Part shown: positions 28,265 to 39,253 of the stretch, in pieces | Position numbering within the stretch: the first letter of the stretch is position 1 | Layout: each line of letters begins with the position of its first letter | Source of the DNA: Candidatus Shapirobacteria bacterium | Lineage (GTDB): Bacteria; Patescibacteriota; Microgenomatia; UBA12405 | Assembly (NCBI GenBank): GCA_022837635.1 | Contig: JALHFY010000001.1 | Location: 96,136-160,135 of the forward strand | Direction of reading: 5' to 3' | DNA length: 64,000 nucleotides | Position numbers and translations under genes: made by a program | The notes under the pieces: model-generated | Seen by the model: the letters and a program-made list of their open reading frames with translations, nothing else | Databases searched by the model: none | Told to the model about the DNA's origin: nothing

Positions 28265-28560
28265 AAATTGTTAATCAAGGGGTTAGTTTTGGGTTGACTT
28301 TTAAGGGAGTAGAATGGCTGCAGATGATTTTATTAATAATTTGTGCTTGGGCTTGGTGGAAAGAAAAATCCGCTTGGGGGTGGTTGTTAATATGTATCGG
28401 TGGGATGTTAAATTATTACGAAAGAATGTTTTTGGGAGGGGTCAGAGATTATTGGCAGATACCAGGAACTAGGCTTTATAATAATGTAAATGATTACCTG
28501 ATAGTTGTTGGAGCGGGGCAGGTAATATGGTATTTATTATGGAAAGTAAGGCGAAAATAA
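28261..28560 (+). CDS. Truncated lipoprotein signal peptidase (LspA)-like membrane protein
   Basis: NQGVSFGL ~ NYGAAFSFL, GGMLNYYER ~ GGALGNLFDR (Asp to Glu), NNVND ~ FNLAD. Only 99 aa. An in-frame TGA lies immediately upstream. Precedes an rluD-like gene, as lspA does in Bacillus. Confidence 0.45.
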   Translation: MKIVNQGVSFGLTFKGVEWLQMILLIICAWAWWKEKSAWGWLLICIGGMLNYYERMFLGGVRDYWQIPGTRLYNNVNDYLIVVGAGQVIWYLLWKVRRK

Positions 28561-29192
28561 TTTATAAAAACAAGGAAATGTTGATTTTGAATAAGGCAGC
28601 GGGGGTGGTATGTACTGGTGAAGGTCGAGAGGTTAAAGGTACTCTAGAAGAGTGGTTGAAAAATAAATTGGGTGATAATAAATTACCACGGCAGGGGATT
28701 GTACATAGGTTAGACAAAGGTACTTCGGGATTGATGGTAGTGGCAAGAACAGCCGAATTTAGGACAAAAATAATGAAGTTATTTAAGGATAGGAAGGTTA
28801 AAAAAGAATATTGGGCTTTGGTGGAAGGGGATTTACCTCAAAATGGAGTGATAAAGGTGCCAATCAATAGATCGAAGTATCAGTTTGGTCGCTTTGCGGT
28901 AGGAGAGGATGGTAAGGAAGCAGAAACTCACTTTAAGTTATTGGAAAAATATAAGTTTGAAAATAGAATTTATAGTTTAGTGGAGGTGGATTTGAAAACA
29001 GGCCGGACTCATCAGATTAGGGTACATTTTAGTTATTTGGGGTGGCCTTTGGTGGGGGATACAATCTATGGAGGACATTCACTTTTAGGTCTACAAAGGC
29101 CATTTTTACATGCTAAAAAATTGGCATTTTTGGATAAAAATTATGAGTCAGAGTTAGCACCAGATTTGAAAAAAATTATTGCTCAATTATGA
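28527..29192 (+). CDS. rluD: RluA-family pseudouridine synthase (RluD-like, no S4 domain)
   Basis: Catalytic motif HRLDKGTSGLMVVART. Confidence 0.8.
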   Translation: MVFIMESKAKIIYKNKEMLILNKAAGVVCTGEGREVKGTLEEWLKNKLGDNKLPRQGIVHRLDKGTSGLMVVARTAEFRTKIMKLFKDRKVKKEYWALVEGDLPQNGVIKVPINRSKYQFGRFAVGEDGKEAETHFKLLEKYKFENRIYSLVEVDLKTGRTHQIRVHFSYLGWPLVGDTIYGGHSLLGLQRPFLHAKKLAFLDKNYESELAPDLKKIIAQL

Positions 29193-29998
29193 AAAAAATA
29201 TTAGTAGCATTGGTTATTTTTATATCTCTATTTTTACTGATTAAAAGAGCTTGGCGAGAGGGGGATAGAGTAGTGGGACTAGTAGCACCAGAGGGGGTGG
29301 GAGTGGTGTCGATATCACCTTTGAGAGGGATGGTGAATGTATTAAAAGTGGCTCCAGAAGTGGAATTGTGGTTTCCAGGAGGGATGGGTTGGTATGCGGC
29401 TGATAGGGTGGAAAAGATTTATGATCAAGGTAAACAAGAAAAGTTGGTTAAAGAGATGTTTTTTTATAATTTTGGAATTTATCCAGAAGTGATTATGCCG
29501 GTAGTTAAAATTGATGAGTGGAGAAATACAACAAGATTTTGGAAACATTTGGGTTTGATAGAAAGTGGTCGTTTTTGGTTAGAACAGAGTAATTGGCTGT
29601 TGAAAACGGAGTTGATAAACACTAATTTATTGGTAAAAAAGGAAGAACTTGATGATATTTTGGCTCGTGATTTTGCTAGAGCTGATCTCTTGGAAAAGAA
29701 TTTAAGAGTGACAGTTAAAAACAGTAGCGGTGAAAATGCCTTGGGGGCTTTTGTGGCGGATCGCTTGAATTGGTTGGGATATAACGTGGTGGCAGTGGAA
29801 AATGACATAGTTAAAGATGGTTGTGAAGTGGTCAGTCAAGGGGGTGATTTGACCAAAGATCATGCGGATTTTTTGGCAAAAATGTTTGGTTGTTCTCAGG
29901 TGAGTAATCAGACTTTATTGCCTGAGGAATTAATGCTTAATCCGGGTAAAAATTATGCCTCAATGATAAAATATAATAGTTATGTCAGGGCATTCTAA
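29189..29998 (+). CDS. Membrane-anchored LytR_C-domain protein
   Basis: N-terminal TM. C-terminal VTVKNSSGENALGAFVADRLNWLGYNVVAVEN matches the LytR C-terminal domain pattern. Confidence 0.5.
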   Translation: MKKILVALVIFISLFLLIKRAWREGDRVVGLVAPEGVGVVSISPLRGMVNVLKVAPEVELWFPGGMGWYAADRVEKIYDQGKQEKLVKEMFFYNFGIYPEVIMPVVKIDEWRNTTRFWKHLGLIESGRFWLEQSNWLLKTELINTNLLVKKEELDDILARDFARADLLEKNLRVTVKNSSGENALGAFVADRLNWLGYNVVAVENDIVKDGCEVVSQGGDLTKDHADFLAKMFGCSQVSNQTLLPEELMLNPGKNYASMIKYNSYVRAF

Positions 29999-30698
29999 AT
30001 GGGCTAATATTAAAAACCGAAAAGGGGCTCAGGATAAAAAGAGAAGTGAAGCTTTTACCAAAGTTTCCAAGGATATTTTAACGGCGATTCGAGAAGGAGG
30101 GGGTAATAGTAATCCAGACTCAAATTCAGCTTTACGGGTAGCGATTGAAAAATCCAGGGCAGTAAATATGCCCAAGGAAAATATTGACAGATTATTGAAA
30201 AGATTTGAAGAGAGAAAAAATAATTTGAGCAGTGGTTTATTGGAGGCCTTTGGTCCCTTTGGAGTACCAATGATGATTGAGTTTGAGACAGATAATAAAA
30301 ATCGGATTTTAGGGGAAGTGAAGTTAATTTTGCGAAATTTTGACGGAAACTTAGGGGAAAGTGGTAGTGTAGCTTTTATGTTTGAGAGGGTAGGGGAGAT
30401 AGAGACGGAAAAAGATTTGGATGAGGAGACAGAGTTATTTTTAATTGATACTGGAGTGATTGATATAGATAATCGAAAAATATTGACTAAAAGTGAGGAT
30501 TTAAGTCGAATTAAATCAGTGATGATGGAAAAGGGGATAGCTATAGAAAGTGCAGGTCTAATTTACCGAGTATTAAACCCGATTAAATTAAATTCTGAGG
30601 AAGAATTGGATAAAATTTTAGATTTAATTGAAGAACTGGAAGGAAATGAAGACATAGTTAATGTCTTTGCCGGTTTTGATTATGAACAAAAGACTTAA
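29982..30698 (+). CDS. yebC: YebC/PmpR-family probable transcriptional regulator
   Basis: MSGHSKWANIKNRKGAQDKKRSEAFTK is the hallmark N-terminus. Confidence 0.85.
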   Translation: MSGHSKWANIKNRKGAQDKKRSEAFTKVSKDILTAIREGGGNSNPDSNSALRVAIEKSRAVNMPKENIDRLLKRFEERKNNLSSGLLEAFGPFGVPMMIEFETDNKNRILGEVKLILRNFDGNLGESGSVAFMFERVGEIETEKDLDEETELFLIDTGVIDIDNRKILTKSEDLSRIKSVMMEKGIAIESAGLIYRVLNPIKLNSEEELDKILDLIEELEGNEDIVNVFAGFDYEQKT

Positions 30699-31470
30699 AC
30701 ATTTTATCGCTTCATTAATCGGTGCTGGGGCTTTTGCGATGTATTTATCATTACCAATAGAATCAAGTTATTATGGTTTGTTGGTATTGTTGGCGATGGT
30801 AGCTTTTTTGTTTTGGTTTGGTTTGGGGATAATTTTTGAAGGTAGTGTAGATACTAAGATTATGGTGATTCTGTTGCCAGGGCTGTGGACCATAGGTTTT
30901 GGTTTATTCGCTTCTCTATTACCAAATACGCCAGTATATATTACTGGTTCTAGCCTGTTTTTCGGTTTAATTTTATATACGCTGTTTTTAGTAAATAACG
31001 TGTTTTTAGTGGCGATTGGTTATAAAACAGTACCTTTGTATCGGGCAGCTTATACAGTGAGTCTGATTATTTTATTGTTGGCGGCTTTTTTCCTTTTTGA
31101 TTCTCTTTTTTCTTTTAAGTTGCCTTTTTGGGGAAACATGTTGGTGACTTTGGTGATAGCTTTAATGTTGTTTACCAATAATTACTGGAATATAGCGATA
31201 GAATTACCTGATGATGGTAAAGAGAAGGGGAGATGGCCTTATATTATAGTGCCCAGTGTAGTACTGTCTGAACTTATAGGAATACTGTCTTTTTGGCCTG
31301 TAGGAATTTTTAGAGGTTCTGTCTATCTGGTAGTGGTTATATACATAATTTCTGCCTTAATACAGGCAGAAATTAGAGATCGACTGTTTAAGGGAGTAGT
31401 ACGAACTTTTGTTTATATGACCATAGGAGCGCTACTGGCGATGATTTTAACTACCAGGTGGGGTGGATAA
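30661..31470 (+). CDS. Hypothetical polytopic membrane protein
   Basis: Seven to eight hydrophobic helices. No recognisable domain. Confidence 0.4.
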   Translation: MSLPVLIMNKRLKHFIASLIGAGAFAMYLSLPIESSYYGLLVLLAMVAFLFWFGLGIIFEGSVDTKIMVILLPGLWTIGFGLFASLLPNTPVYITGSSLFFGLILYTLFLVNNVFLVAIGYKTVPLYRAAYTVSLIILLLAAFFLFDSLFSFKLPFWGNMLVTLVIALMLFTNNYWNIAIELPDDGKEKGRWPYIIVPSVVLSELIGILSFWPVGIFRGSVYLVVVIYIISALIQAEIRDRLFKGVVRTFVYMTIGALLAMILTTRWGG

Positions 31471-31565
31471 AATAAGATAAATAAATAAAAAACATACCTG
31501 TCTTCGCAAAAAAAAAGCTATGGCATGGCGAAGTAGGGAAGTGGGGGAGGATTTTCACGATATAT

Positions 31566-31591
31566 CCTATAATTTTCATGAATATTATAGG
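31566..31591 (+). promoter_or_regulatory. 26-bp near-perfect palindrome CCTATAAT-T-TTCATGAA-T-ATTATAGG (dif-like Xer site candidate)
   Basis: Read directly from the sequence. Left arm ATCCTATAAT resembles the B. subtilis dif XerC arm TTCCTAGAAT. About 520 bp upstream of the only Xer recombinase gene. Confidence 0.45.
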
Positions 31592-32107
31592 ACAGGGTAG
31601 TGATATAGTATGATATAGTTTGTGTGGAAAACTCAAATTGGCAGCAATAGATCATTTTTGCCGATGAGAGTGGTCCGGGGAGAGGGCTATGAGTCAAGAT
31701 TATATTAAATGAAATAAAAAGACATTGGTGTAAGACAAGAGAGAAGATAAAAGACGGTTATCCCCCTGTGGAGGGGAAGTGAAAAATACTATGTCGCACA
31801 ATGTATCTTTTACGACGTTATGTAAAAGAGAAGTGGAGGGGAGTGGCTGGGATCCTGTGTTTTGGATTTTTTATTTTTTATCTTTATTATTGGTGATTTT
31901 ATTGAGAGCTTATTAAATAAAGGCACTTTTACTCTCCTATTAGCTGTCTGTTGCCTGAGAAAAGTTTAGGCTTAAAAGCTCCTCTTGACTCCCCCAGCCT
32001 CTTTTTTTTTGGATTTATTTTAATACGTGATAAATTTTGCCTATTTATAGGTAAAATTTATATATGACTTCACCAGAGGCCCGTAAACGAACGTTTATGA
32101 CTTTTCT

Positions 32108-33067
32108 GTGCTAGGATTAACTATGGATTTGGATTTGAACACAGCTATTAGGCGTTTTTTGGAACATTTGGAAATAGAAAAGAACTGCTCAAAGCTGACA
32201 GTGAGAAATTATCAACATTATCTGTCGGTGTTAGAAAGGTACTTTCAAAGTAAAGGAATGGAAAAACCGAATGTTTCCGATATAAATCCAGAGACAGTGC
32301 GAGATTTCAGATTGTATTTATCAAGATTACCGGGAACTCACGGTGAAATGAAAGTAGTGACTCAAGGTTATTATGTGATTGCATTGAGGTCTTTTTTGAA
32401 GTGGTTGATTAAAAACGATTATGAAGTAATGCAGCCGGAAAAGATTGATGTGCCTAGAAATAAGGATCATTCTTTGAAATTTTTGAATGCTGAGCAATTA
32501 GAAAGATTACTAAATCAACCCTTACTTTCCACTAAAACTGGCTTGAGAGACAGGGCAATTTTGGAAATGCTGTTTTCCACTGGATTGCGGGTATCTGAAC
32601 TGGTGAGATTGAATCGTGAGCAAATTAACCTAAAGACACGTGAATTTGGTATTATCGGCAAAGGTGGTAAGGCTCGAGTGGTGTTTATATCCCAAAGAGC
32701 AGCGGAATATATTGATAGATACTTAAAAAGTCGGACTGATCATGATGAGGCGATGTTTATCCGTTATGGTGGAAAAAAGGAATTGACTGGTAGTTTAAGG
32801 TTGTCGGCTCGATCGGTGGAGAGGATGGTGAAGCATTATGTCAGATTAGCCAAGTTACCGATTGAGGCTACTCCCCACACCTTACGTCACTCGATGGCCA
32901 CAGACCTATTGAGAGCTGGAGCTGATTTGCGTTCGGTGCAAGAAATTTTGGGACATAAAAATATTGCTACCACTCAAATCTATACTCACGTGACTGATGC
33001 TAGATTACGTGAAGTTCATGAAAAATATCATTTAGGTAATGTGGTTGATTCAAACAAAAAAGATTAA
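32108..33067 (+). CDS. Tyrosine site-specific recombinase, XerC/XerD family
   Basis: N-terminal SAM-like domain (FLEHLEIEKNCSKLTVRNYQHYLS). Catalytic R..HxxR..Y region (HTLRHSMATDLLRAGADLRSVQEILGHKNIATTQIYTHV). Confidence 0.85.
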   Translation: MLGLTMDLDLNTAIRRFLEHLEIEKNCSKLTVRNYQHYLSVLERYFQSKGMEKPNVSDINPETVRDFRLYLSRLPGTHGEMKVVTQGYYVIALRSFLKWLIKNDYEVMQPEKIDVPRNKDHSLKFLNAEQLERLLNQPLLSTKTGLRDRAILEMLFSTGLRVSELVRLNREQINLKTREFGIIGKGGKARVVFISQRAAEYIDRYLKSRTDHDEAMFIRYGGKKELTGSLRLSARSVERMVKHYVRLAKLPIEATPHTLRHSMATDLLRAGADLRSVQEILGHKNIATTQIYTHVTDARLREVHEKYHLGNVVDSNKKD

Positions 33068-33230
33068 TAGCCTATAGTCAGACCCTTTTAGCGAATCTAT
33101 GGGCAAAATTAGTTAAAATGACTCCCCTAGCCTGAATAATGGTCGATTTTTCCCTATTTTAGGTCTTTTTTGAATTTTTGAAGCTGCTTAGCAGTCACTC
33201 CCCTACTCTGCTAATAATGGAAAATATTAT

Positions 33231-33273
33231 ACGAATATCCTATAATTTTGATATAGAAATATCCTATATTTTT
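33231..33273 (+). repeat. Two direct copies of ATATCCTATA(A/T)TTTT, matching the upstream copy at 31563-31577
   Basis: ACGAATATCCTATAATTTTG..ATATCCTATATTTTT downstream of xer, versus ACGATATATCCTATAATTTTC upstream. The second copy overlaps the gyrA stop codon. Confidence 0.5.
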
Positions 33274-35933
33274 TTAGGGTTAGAGTCGGACTCAGGGTTG
33301 ACAGGTAATACAGTTAAAGTACTGACTTTATCATCGCTTTTAAGTCTCATGAGAATCACTCCTTTAGTGTTTCTGGATAAGGTAGGAATGTTTTTAAGAG
33401 GTAGTTTAATAGTAGCGGCCTTGCGACTGACAAAAAGGACTTGATCGTCATTTTCAGTGACAATAGCGGCGCCGGAGATATTGCCAGTTTTTTCAGTAAG
33501 ATGGGAAACTTTAACACCTACTCCACCGCGTTTTTGGAGAGGATAAAGATAGGCATCAGAACGTTTACCAATACCATTTTCAGTAATAGTTAAGAGATGA
33601 CGGAAAAACTTTTTACTGGTTTTTTCGGCTTTGGCAGCGGTGACACTTTGAGGCAGAACATCCAAGCCAACTAAATAATCATTTTCTTTAAGGTTAATAC
33701 CTCGAACGCCGCGGGTGTGTCGACCCATAGGACGAGCATCAGTTTCATTGAAGCGAATACATTTACCTTGATAGGTAACCATAAAAATTTGGTCATTGCC
33801 GGAGCTGAGTTTGGCCCAAATTAATTCATCGTGAGGATCAAGTTTGATGGCGGCTAGGCCGGATTGGCGAACATTTTTGAACTTATCAATAGCAGTTTTT
33901 TTGATGACACCTTTTTTAGTAGCCAGGATAATATAATTAGCGGAATGTCCCTTACTGACGGGTAAAATAGCTTGAACAGTTTCTCCTTGAATAATATTGA
34001 TTAGGTTAATAACGGCTTGACCTTTGGACTGACGACTAGATTCATTGATGTCCCAAACTTTGATTTTGAAACAGCGACCTTTGTTGGTAAAAATCAATAA
34101 ATCATCATGGGTATCGACAAAGAGCATGTTTTCGACTTCGTCTTCGGCTTTGGTAGTCATACCACTGACACCGATACCGCCACGACGTTGAGTCCGGTAG
34201 GTACCCATAGCCACTCGTTTGATATAACCACCGCGGGTAAGAGTTACTAGCGTGGCTTCATTGGGAATAAGGTCTTCGTCAGTGAAGTCTTCAAGAGATT
34301 TGGCGTAAATTTTGGTTTTACGGTCGTCACCATATTTGTTAGTAATTTCCTGGTTTTCAGCTTTTAATACAGCAATCATTTTTTCAGGTACGGTTATAAT
34401 GGCGGTGAGATTGGCAATACTTTGTTGGATATTTTGGTATTCTTCGTCAATTTTTTGACGTTCCAAACCTGAGAGCTTACGCAATTGCATATCTAAAATA
34501 GCTTGGGATTGAAGATCAGTAAAGCCGAATTTCTCCATTAATTTTAATTTAGGATCTTCATCGGCTTTAGTGGCTCTGATGGTTTTAATAACCTCGTCGA
34601 TGATATCCAAGGCTTTTTTGAAGCCTTCCAAAATATGGTTACGAAGATAAGCACTTTTAAGTTCAAAAATAGAGCGACGGCGGATGATACTTTCGCGGTG
34701 TCTAAGGAATAAAAGGAGAATTTGTCTGAGGTTGAGAGTTTGAGGAATGCCGTTGACTAAGGCTAAAATGTTGGCTGAATAGGAAGATTGAAGAGGTGTA
34801 TATTTGTAAAGTTTATTGAGAACAGCTTTAGGTTTGCCGTGCTTTTTAATTTCGGCAACAACTCGGATACCATGTCGATCGGATTCGTCTCGAAGATCGG
34901 AAATACCGATAATTTTTTTATCAGTGACCAATTGGGCGATTTTCCGAATCATTTCGGATTTATTAACTTGATATGGGATTTCGGTAATAACAATTCTGAT
35001 TTTGCCGGATTTAGTTTCTTCGATAGTGGCTTTACCGCGGAGAACAAACTTACCTCGGCCGGTGTTGTACATCTCTAAAATACCGGTTTTTCCGTAAATT
35101 TCTCCGGCGGTGGGAAAATCAGGACCGGTGACAAATTGGGCTAAATCTTCACTGGTAACAGCAGTCTCCACGTTAAAAGAAAGTCTTTCTAGATCTTTGA
35201 CCGGTTTTAAGACTATTTCCTGAGTAGTTAAGTTTTTTTCTAAGATGGGATTGATTTCTAGAGGAGCCTCTTCTTTTTCCAGAGTGCAATTATTGAGAAG
35301 ATGGTCAATTCCGGCACAAAGTTCCTTGAGATTGTGAGGTGGAATTCTGGTGGCCATACCGACAGCAATGCCATCAGCTCCGTTTAAGAGTAGATTGGGA
35401 ATGCGGGCCGGGAGAACTTCTGGTTCCTGGAGAGTAGCGTCAAAATTGTCTTTCATGGGAATAGTGTCTTTATCCAGGTCGGCAATCATTTCCGGAGCAA
35501 TTTTACTCATTTTGACCTCGGTGTAACGCATGGCAGCCGGAGGATCGCCATCAACAGAGCCAAAATTTCCTTGACCGTTAATCAGGGGATAACGCAAAGA
35601 AAAGTTTTGAGCTAAACGGACTAGGGAGCCGTAAACGGCGGCATCACCATGGGGATGGTATTTACCCAAGACTTCACCGACCACTTTAGCTGATTTAGTA
35701 AAGCGGCCGCTAGGTCCCAGATTCATTTGTTCCATGGCATAGAGAATACGACGATGAACTGGCTTAAGACCGTCTCGGATATCAGGTAAAGCTCTTTCAA
35801 CAATGACAGACATGGCATAATCCAGATAGGATTTTTCCATTTCTGGGATAATATCTACCGGAATGATTTTACCGATATTTCCAGTTGAATTGGTTTTATT
35901 AGGAGTATTGTCAGTCATATTTTTAGACATCAA
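33264..35933 (-). CDS. gyrA: DNA gyrase subunit A
   Basis: Active-site region [28 protein letters not shown] and a C-terminal beta-pinwheel. Confidence 0.95.
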   Translation of the reverse strand: MMSKNMTDNTPNKTNSTGNIGKIIPVDIIPEMEKSYLDYAMSVIVERALPDIRDGLKPVHRRILYAMEQMNLGPSGRFTKSAKVVGEVLGKYHPHGDAAVYGSLVRLAQNFSLRYPLINGQGNFGSVDGDPPAAMRYTEVKMSKIAPEMIADLDKDTIPMKDNFDATLQEPEVLPARIPNLLLNGADGIAVGMATRIPPHNLKELCAGIDHLLNNCTLEKEEAPLEINPILEKNLTTQEIVLKPVKDLERLSFNVETAVTSEDLAQFVTGPDFPTAGEIYGKTGILEMYNTGRGKFVLRGKATIEETKSGKIRIVITEIPYQVNKSEMIRKIAQLVTDKKIIGISDLRDESDRHGIRVVAEIKKHGKPKAVLNKLYKYTPLQSSYSANILALVNGIPQTLNLRQILLLFLRHRESIIRRRSIFELKSAYLRNHILEGFKKALDIIDEVIKTIRATKADEDPKLKLMEKFGFTDLQSQAILDMQLRKLSGLERQKIDEEYQNIQQSIANLTAIITVPEKMIAVLKAENQEITNKYGDDRKTKIYAKSLEDFTDEDLIPNEATLVTLTRGGYIKRVAMGTYRTQRRGGIGVSGMTTKAEDEVENMLFVDTHDDLLIFTNKGRCFKIKVWDINESSRQSKGQAVINLINIIQGETVQAILPVSKGHSANYIILATKKGVIKKTAIDKFKNVRQSGLAAIKLDPHDELIWAKLSSGNDQIFMVTYQGKCIRFNETDARPMGRHTRGVRGINLKENDYLVGLDVLPQSVTAAKAEKTSKKFFRHLLTITENGIGKRSDAYLYPLQKRGGVGVKVSHLTEKTGNISGAAIVTENDDQVLFVSRKAATIKLPLKNIPTLSRNTKGVILMRLKSDDKVSTLTVLPVNPESDSNPKKI

Positions 35934-37863
35934 TATTGGCTAAATGAGCATGAGTAACGATGAATTTTTTACGGGGGGGAACTTCTTCTCCCATCAAGAC
36001 TCTGAAGACTTCGTCGGCTTTAACAGCGTCTTCAATATTGACCTGTTTTAGTTGGCGAGTTTCTGGATTCATAGTAGTTTCCCAAAGTTGTTGAGGATTC
36101 ATTTCTCCCAGACCTTTGTAACGTTGAATGTCATAACTTTTACTAGTGTCAATGCTTTGAAGATAAGCTTCTTTTTCTTCGTCAGTATAGACGTAGTGGA
36201 CGTTTTTACCTTGTTTAATGCGATAAAGTGGTGGCATGGCAATGTAGATATGGCCATTTTCAATTAAACCAGGCAGATGGCGAAAAATAAAGGTCAGAAG
36301 CAGAGTAGCGATATGGGAACCGTCAACGTCGGCGTCAGACATCAAAATCACTCGATGATAACGTAACTTTTCTAAATTAAAGGTATCCCCTATTCCGGTA
36401 CCTAAGGCAATAATAAAGTCTTTGAGTTTATCGGAGTTAACGACTTTATCCAGTCGAGCCCCTTCGGTATTTAAGGCTTTACCCCAGAGAGGTAAAATAG
36501 CTTGAAATTTACGATCACGACCTTGTTTAGCGGAACCACCGGCAGAATCCCCTTCGACAATATAGATTTCACATTCAGCCGGGTTTTTACTCTGACAATC
36601 AGCTAATTTTCCGGGAAGACCCATAGAATCAAAGGCACCTTTACGCATAATAGCGTCTTTGGCGGCTTTAGCGGCTTTACGGATTTGAATAGTTAAAAGA
36701 GCCTTACCAACAATGGTTTTGGCAGTATCAGGATGTTCCTCAAAATAAGTATCAAGTTGCTCTCTGACGATTTTAGCGACAATAGGTTGAACTTCGGAAT
36801 TACCTAGTTTACCCTTGGTCTGACCTTCAAATTGAAGATCTTTACTGCCCATTTTAATGGAAATAACAGCGGTGAGACCTTCACGAACATCGTCACCAGT
36901 GATAGTGTCATTTTTGTTTTTAATTAATTCCTTTCTTTCGGCATAATCTTTAATAGATTTGGTGAGGGCAGTCTTAAAACCAGTCAGATGGGTACCGCCT
37001 TCATGGGTGTTGATAATATTGACAAAGGAAGGAGTATTTTCTTGGAAAGAATCGTTGTATTGGATGGCAATTTCAACGTCGACACCATCACTTTCACCAT
37101 GGAGATAAATCGGCTCATGAAGGACAACTTTATTTTTATTAACTTCTCTCAGTAATGATAAAATGCCACCTTCAAAGTAATAATGATGTTCACTGTCGTG
37201 GCGTTCATCATAATAATGGAAATAAATTTTACTGGTTAAATAGGCTCGATCTTTAAGAGATTTAATAATGGTCTTGTTGTCAAAATTCAGAGTTTCCTTA
37301 AAAATTTGAGAATCGGGATAAAAGGTGGTGGTAGTGCCACTAATGGTTTTAGGAATGAGTTCGTTGATTTTGTCGATATGGGACTGATCAATAGTTTTTA
37401 GAGGTGATTTGACCTTGCCTCTGGAGAATTCTATAGATTGGATTTTACCTTCACGACGAATTTCGACTCGGAAAGTGGAAGAAAGAGCGTTGACACAAGC
37501 AGCACCGACGCCATGAAGACCACCGGAAACTTTGTAAGCAGCGCCTTCAAACTTACCACCAGAGTGGAGAGTGGTCATAATGACTTCGACGGCAGGTTTG
37601 TTGTATTTAGGCATGATATCCACTGGAATTCCCCGACCGTCATCAGCAATAGTGACGGAGTTGTCTTTATGGACAATAACCCAAACATTTTTAGCAAAAC
37701 CAGCCAGGGCCTCGTCGATAGAGTTGTCAATAATTTCTGTTAAACAGTGATGAAGTCCCCGAGTGTCAGTGGAGCCAATGTACATGGCCGGTCGTTTTCG
37801 GACCGGTTCCAGACCTTCAAGAACGATGATTTGATCAGAAGTATATTTTTGAGTATCAGACAT
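35923..37863 (-). CDS. gyrB: DNA gyrase subunit B
   Basis: GHKL ATPase N-terminus ([18 protein letters not shown]), Toprim EGDSAGG, PLRGKILN-like motifs. Confidence 0.95.
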   Translation of the reverse strand: MSDTQKYTSDQIIVLEGLEPVRKRPAMYIGSTDTRGLHHCLTEIIDNSIDEALAGFAKNVWVIVHKDNSVTIADDGRGIPVDIMPKYNKPAVEVIMTTLHSGGKFEGAAYKVSGGLHGVGAACVNALSSTFRVEIRREGKIQSIEFSRGKVKSPLKTIDQSHIDKINELIPKTISGTTTTFYPDSQIFKETLNFDNKTIIKSLKDRAYLTSKIYFHYYDERHDSEHHYYFEGGILSLLREVNKNKVVLHEPIYLHGESDGVDVEIAIQYNDSFQENTPSFVNIINTHEGGTHLTGFKTALTKSIKDYAERKELIKNKNDTITGDDVREGLTAVISIKMGSKDLQFEGQTKGKLGNSEVQPIVAKIVREQLDTYFEEHPDTAKTIVGKALLTIQIRKAAKAAKDAIMRKGAFDSMGLPGKLADCQSKNPAECEIYIVEGDSAGGSAKQGRDRKFQAILPLWGKALNTEGARLDKVVNSDKLKDFIIALGTGIGDTFNLEKLRYHRVILMSDADVDGSHIATLLLTFIFRHLPGLIENGHIYIAMPPLYRIKQGKNVHYVYTDEEKEAYLQSIDTSKSYDIQRYKGLGEMNPQQLWETTMNPETRQLKQVNIEDAVKADEVFRVLMGEEVPPRKKFIVTHAHLANIDV

Positions 37864-38012
37864 AAAAAAGCCTCATTATAGAGGTAATTTCATTCTAACA
37901 GATTAAATTAGCTTTACAAGTGGCAAATTAGACGTAAAGATAGGCAAAATTTTAGTGAAAAACTGTATCAAATTATATCAAAAAATACCTTAAAATTTGG
38001 CCTAAACTTAGG

Positions 38013-38546
38013 TTATTTTTTAACTTTTTCCAAGGACTTGAAGGCGATAAGGGCGGTGGCTAGAAGAACATTGAGGGAAATATTGACACCATACATTGGG
38101 ATTTCAATAATTTGATTACAGAGTTTGAGATTATCGGCAGAGATGCCGGCGACTTCACTACCGGCGACGATAGCCAAAGGAAAAGGATAGTGGTAATGAC
38201 GATAGTCAACAGTGTTTGGACCTTGCTCACAGGCAATAATATGGAAGCCATCTTTTTTAAGTTGTTTGAGACAGTCGGTGGTGGAATTAAAATGTTGCCA
38301 AGGTACCCATTTCCAGGTGCCGACAGAAGCGCGATGAATTTTGAGATTGGGAGGGGTGACAGTGGGGCCACAAAGGTAGATTTTTTGGGCACCTATGGCA
38401 TCGGCTAAACGAAAAAAGGAACCGATATTGTAGGTATCTAAAACATTATCTAAAACTAAGACTAAAGGTTGGCGCGGGATTAGACGTTGTTGTTTTTGCG
38501 ACTTCCCTACCCTGCTCTGACGTAATTGGTGGGAATTGAGTTTCAT
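38013..38546 (-). CDS. SpoU/TrmH-family RNA 2'-O-methyltransferase with basic N-terminal extension
   Basis: SPOUT motifs (LVLDNVLDTYNIGSFFRLADAIGA; IVAGSEVAGIS). The first ~30 codons overlap a GC-rich repeat copy. Confidence 0.75.
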   Translation of the reverse strand: MKLNSHQLRQSRVGKSQKQQRLIPRQPLVLVLDNVLDTYNIGSFFRLADAIGAQKIYLCGPTVTPPNLKIHRASVGTWKWVPWQHFNSTTDCLKQLKKDGFHIIACEQGPNTVDYRHYHYPFPLAIVAGSEVAGISADNLKLCNQIIEIPMYGVNISLNVLLATALIAFKSLEKVKK

Positions 38547-39253
38547 AATTTTTTACCTACAAATCTAATTAGATTGTCATTATCATCGTGGTATATTTTG
38601 CCATTTTCGTCAAAAATGATTATTTGATACTTATTTTCTATTAGTTGACGAAAAGATGATAGTGAGAAAAATCTTTTCTTAATACCAACAGGACTCAGAA
38701 AAAACTCTGTTTCGATTGATTTTGATTGAAGTACTTCGGGATCATTGATGGTATTTACCAGAGCAGCAAAGATACCACCTGTTTTTAGAATACGATTAAT
38801 TTCATCGAATAATTTTTTGGTGGTGGTATTGTCAAAATAATGAAGAGCTAGATGAGAATAAACAATATCAAATGAGGAGTTATTAAAAGGTAATTTTTTA
38901 CTTAAATCTACAATTTGAAAATCAATGTTTTTATCTTTTAAGTTTCTTTTAGAAAAATCCAAAGCATTGACAGCAAAATCGGTACTGGTAACTTGAAAAC
39001 CATTATCCGCAAAAAAACAACTATCTTGACTTTGGCCTGCACCAAGATCAATCAGTTTTCCTTTTTTTGGTAGTAAATTAATGATTTGTTCAGCAAAAAT
39101 AGTTGGTTTAGTTATCCAATATTTTTTATTGTATTCCCGGTGTCTTTGTTCCCAGTAATCAATTGCTTTCATAGTATATTTTACATTAAAAAAGCCCCGC
39201 AATGACGGGGCTTTGATAGTTTTTAATCTAGCAACCGCCGGCTGAAGCGGCAC
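38543..39253 (-). CDS. Class I SAM-dependent methyltransferase
   Basis: Motif I LIDLGAGQSQDSCFFADNGFQVTSTDF. Confidence 0.7.
   Translation of the reverse strand: MPLQPAVARLKTIKAPSLRGFFNVKYTMKAIDYWEQRHREYNKKYWITKPTIFAEQIINLLPKKGKLIDLGAGQSQDSCFFADNGFQVTSTDFAVNALDFSKRNLKDKNIDFQIVDLSKKLPFNNSSFDIVYSHLALHYFDNTTTKKLFDEINRILKTGGIFAALVNTINDPEVLQSKSIETEFFLSPVGIKKRFFSLSSFRQLIENKYQIIIFDENGKIYHDDNDNLIRFVGKKL

Noticed and set aside
31451-31636. 61-aa ORF in the noncoding island upstream of xer
   Set aside because: No Shine-Dalgarno and no similarity. It spans the palindromic dif-like site, which is more likely a DNA-level feature.
33119-33200. Possible small ORFs or sRNA between xer and gyrA 3' ends
   Set aside because: The region is explained by convergent 3' ends plus repeat copies (ACTCCCCTAGCC.. 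and ATATCCTATAATTTT). No coding signal.
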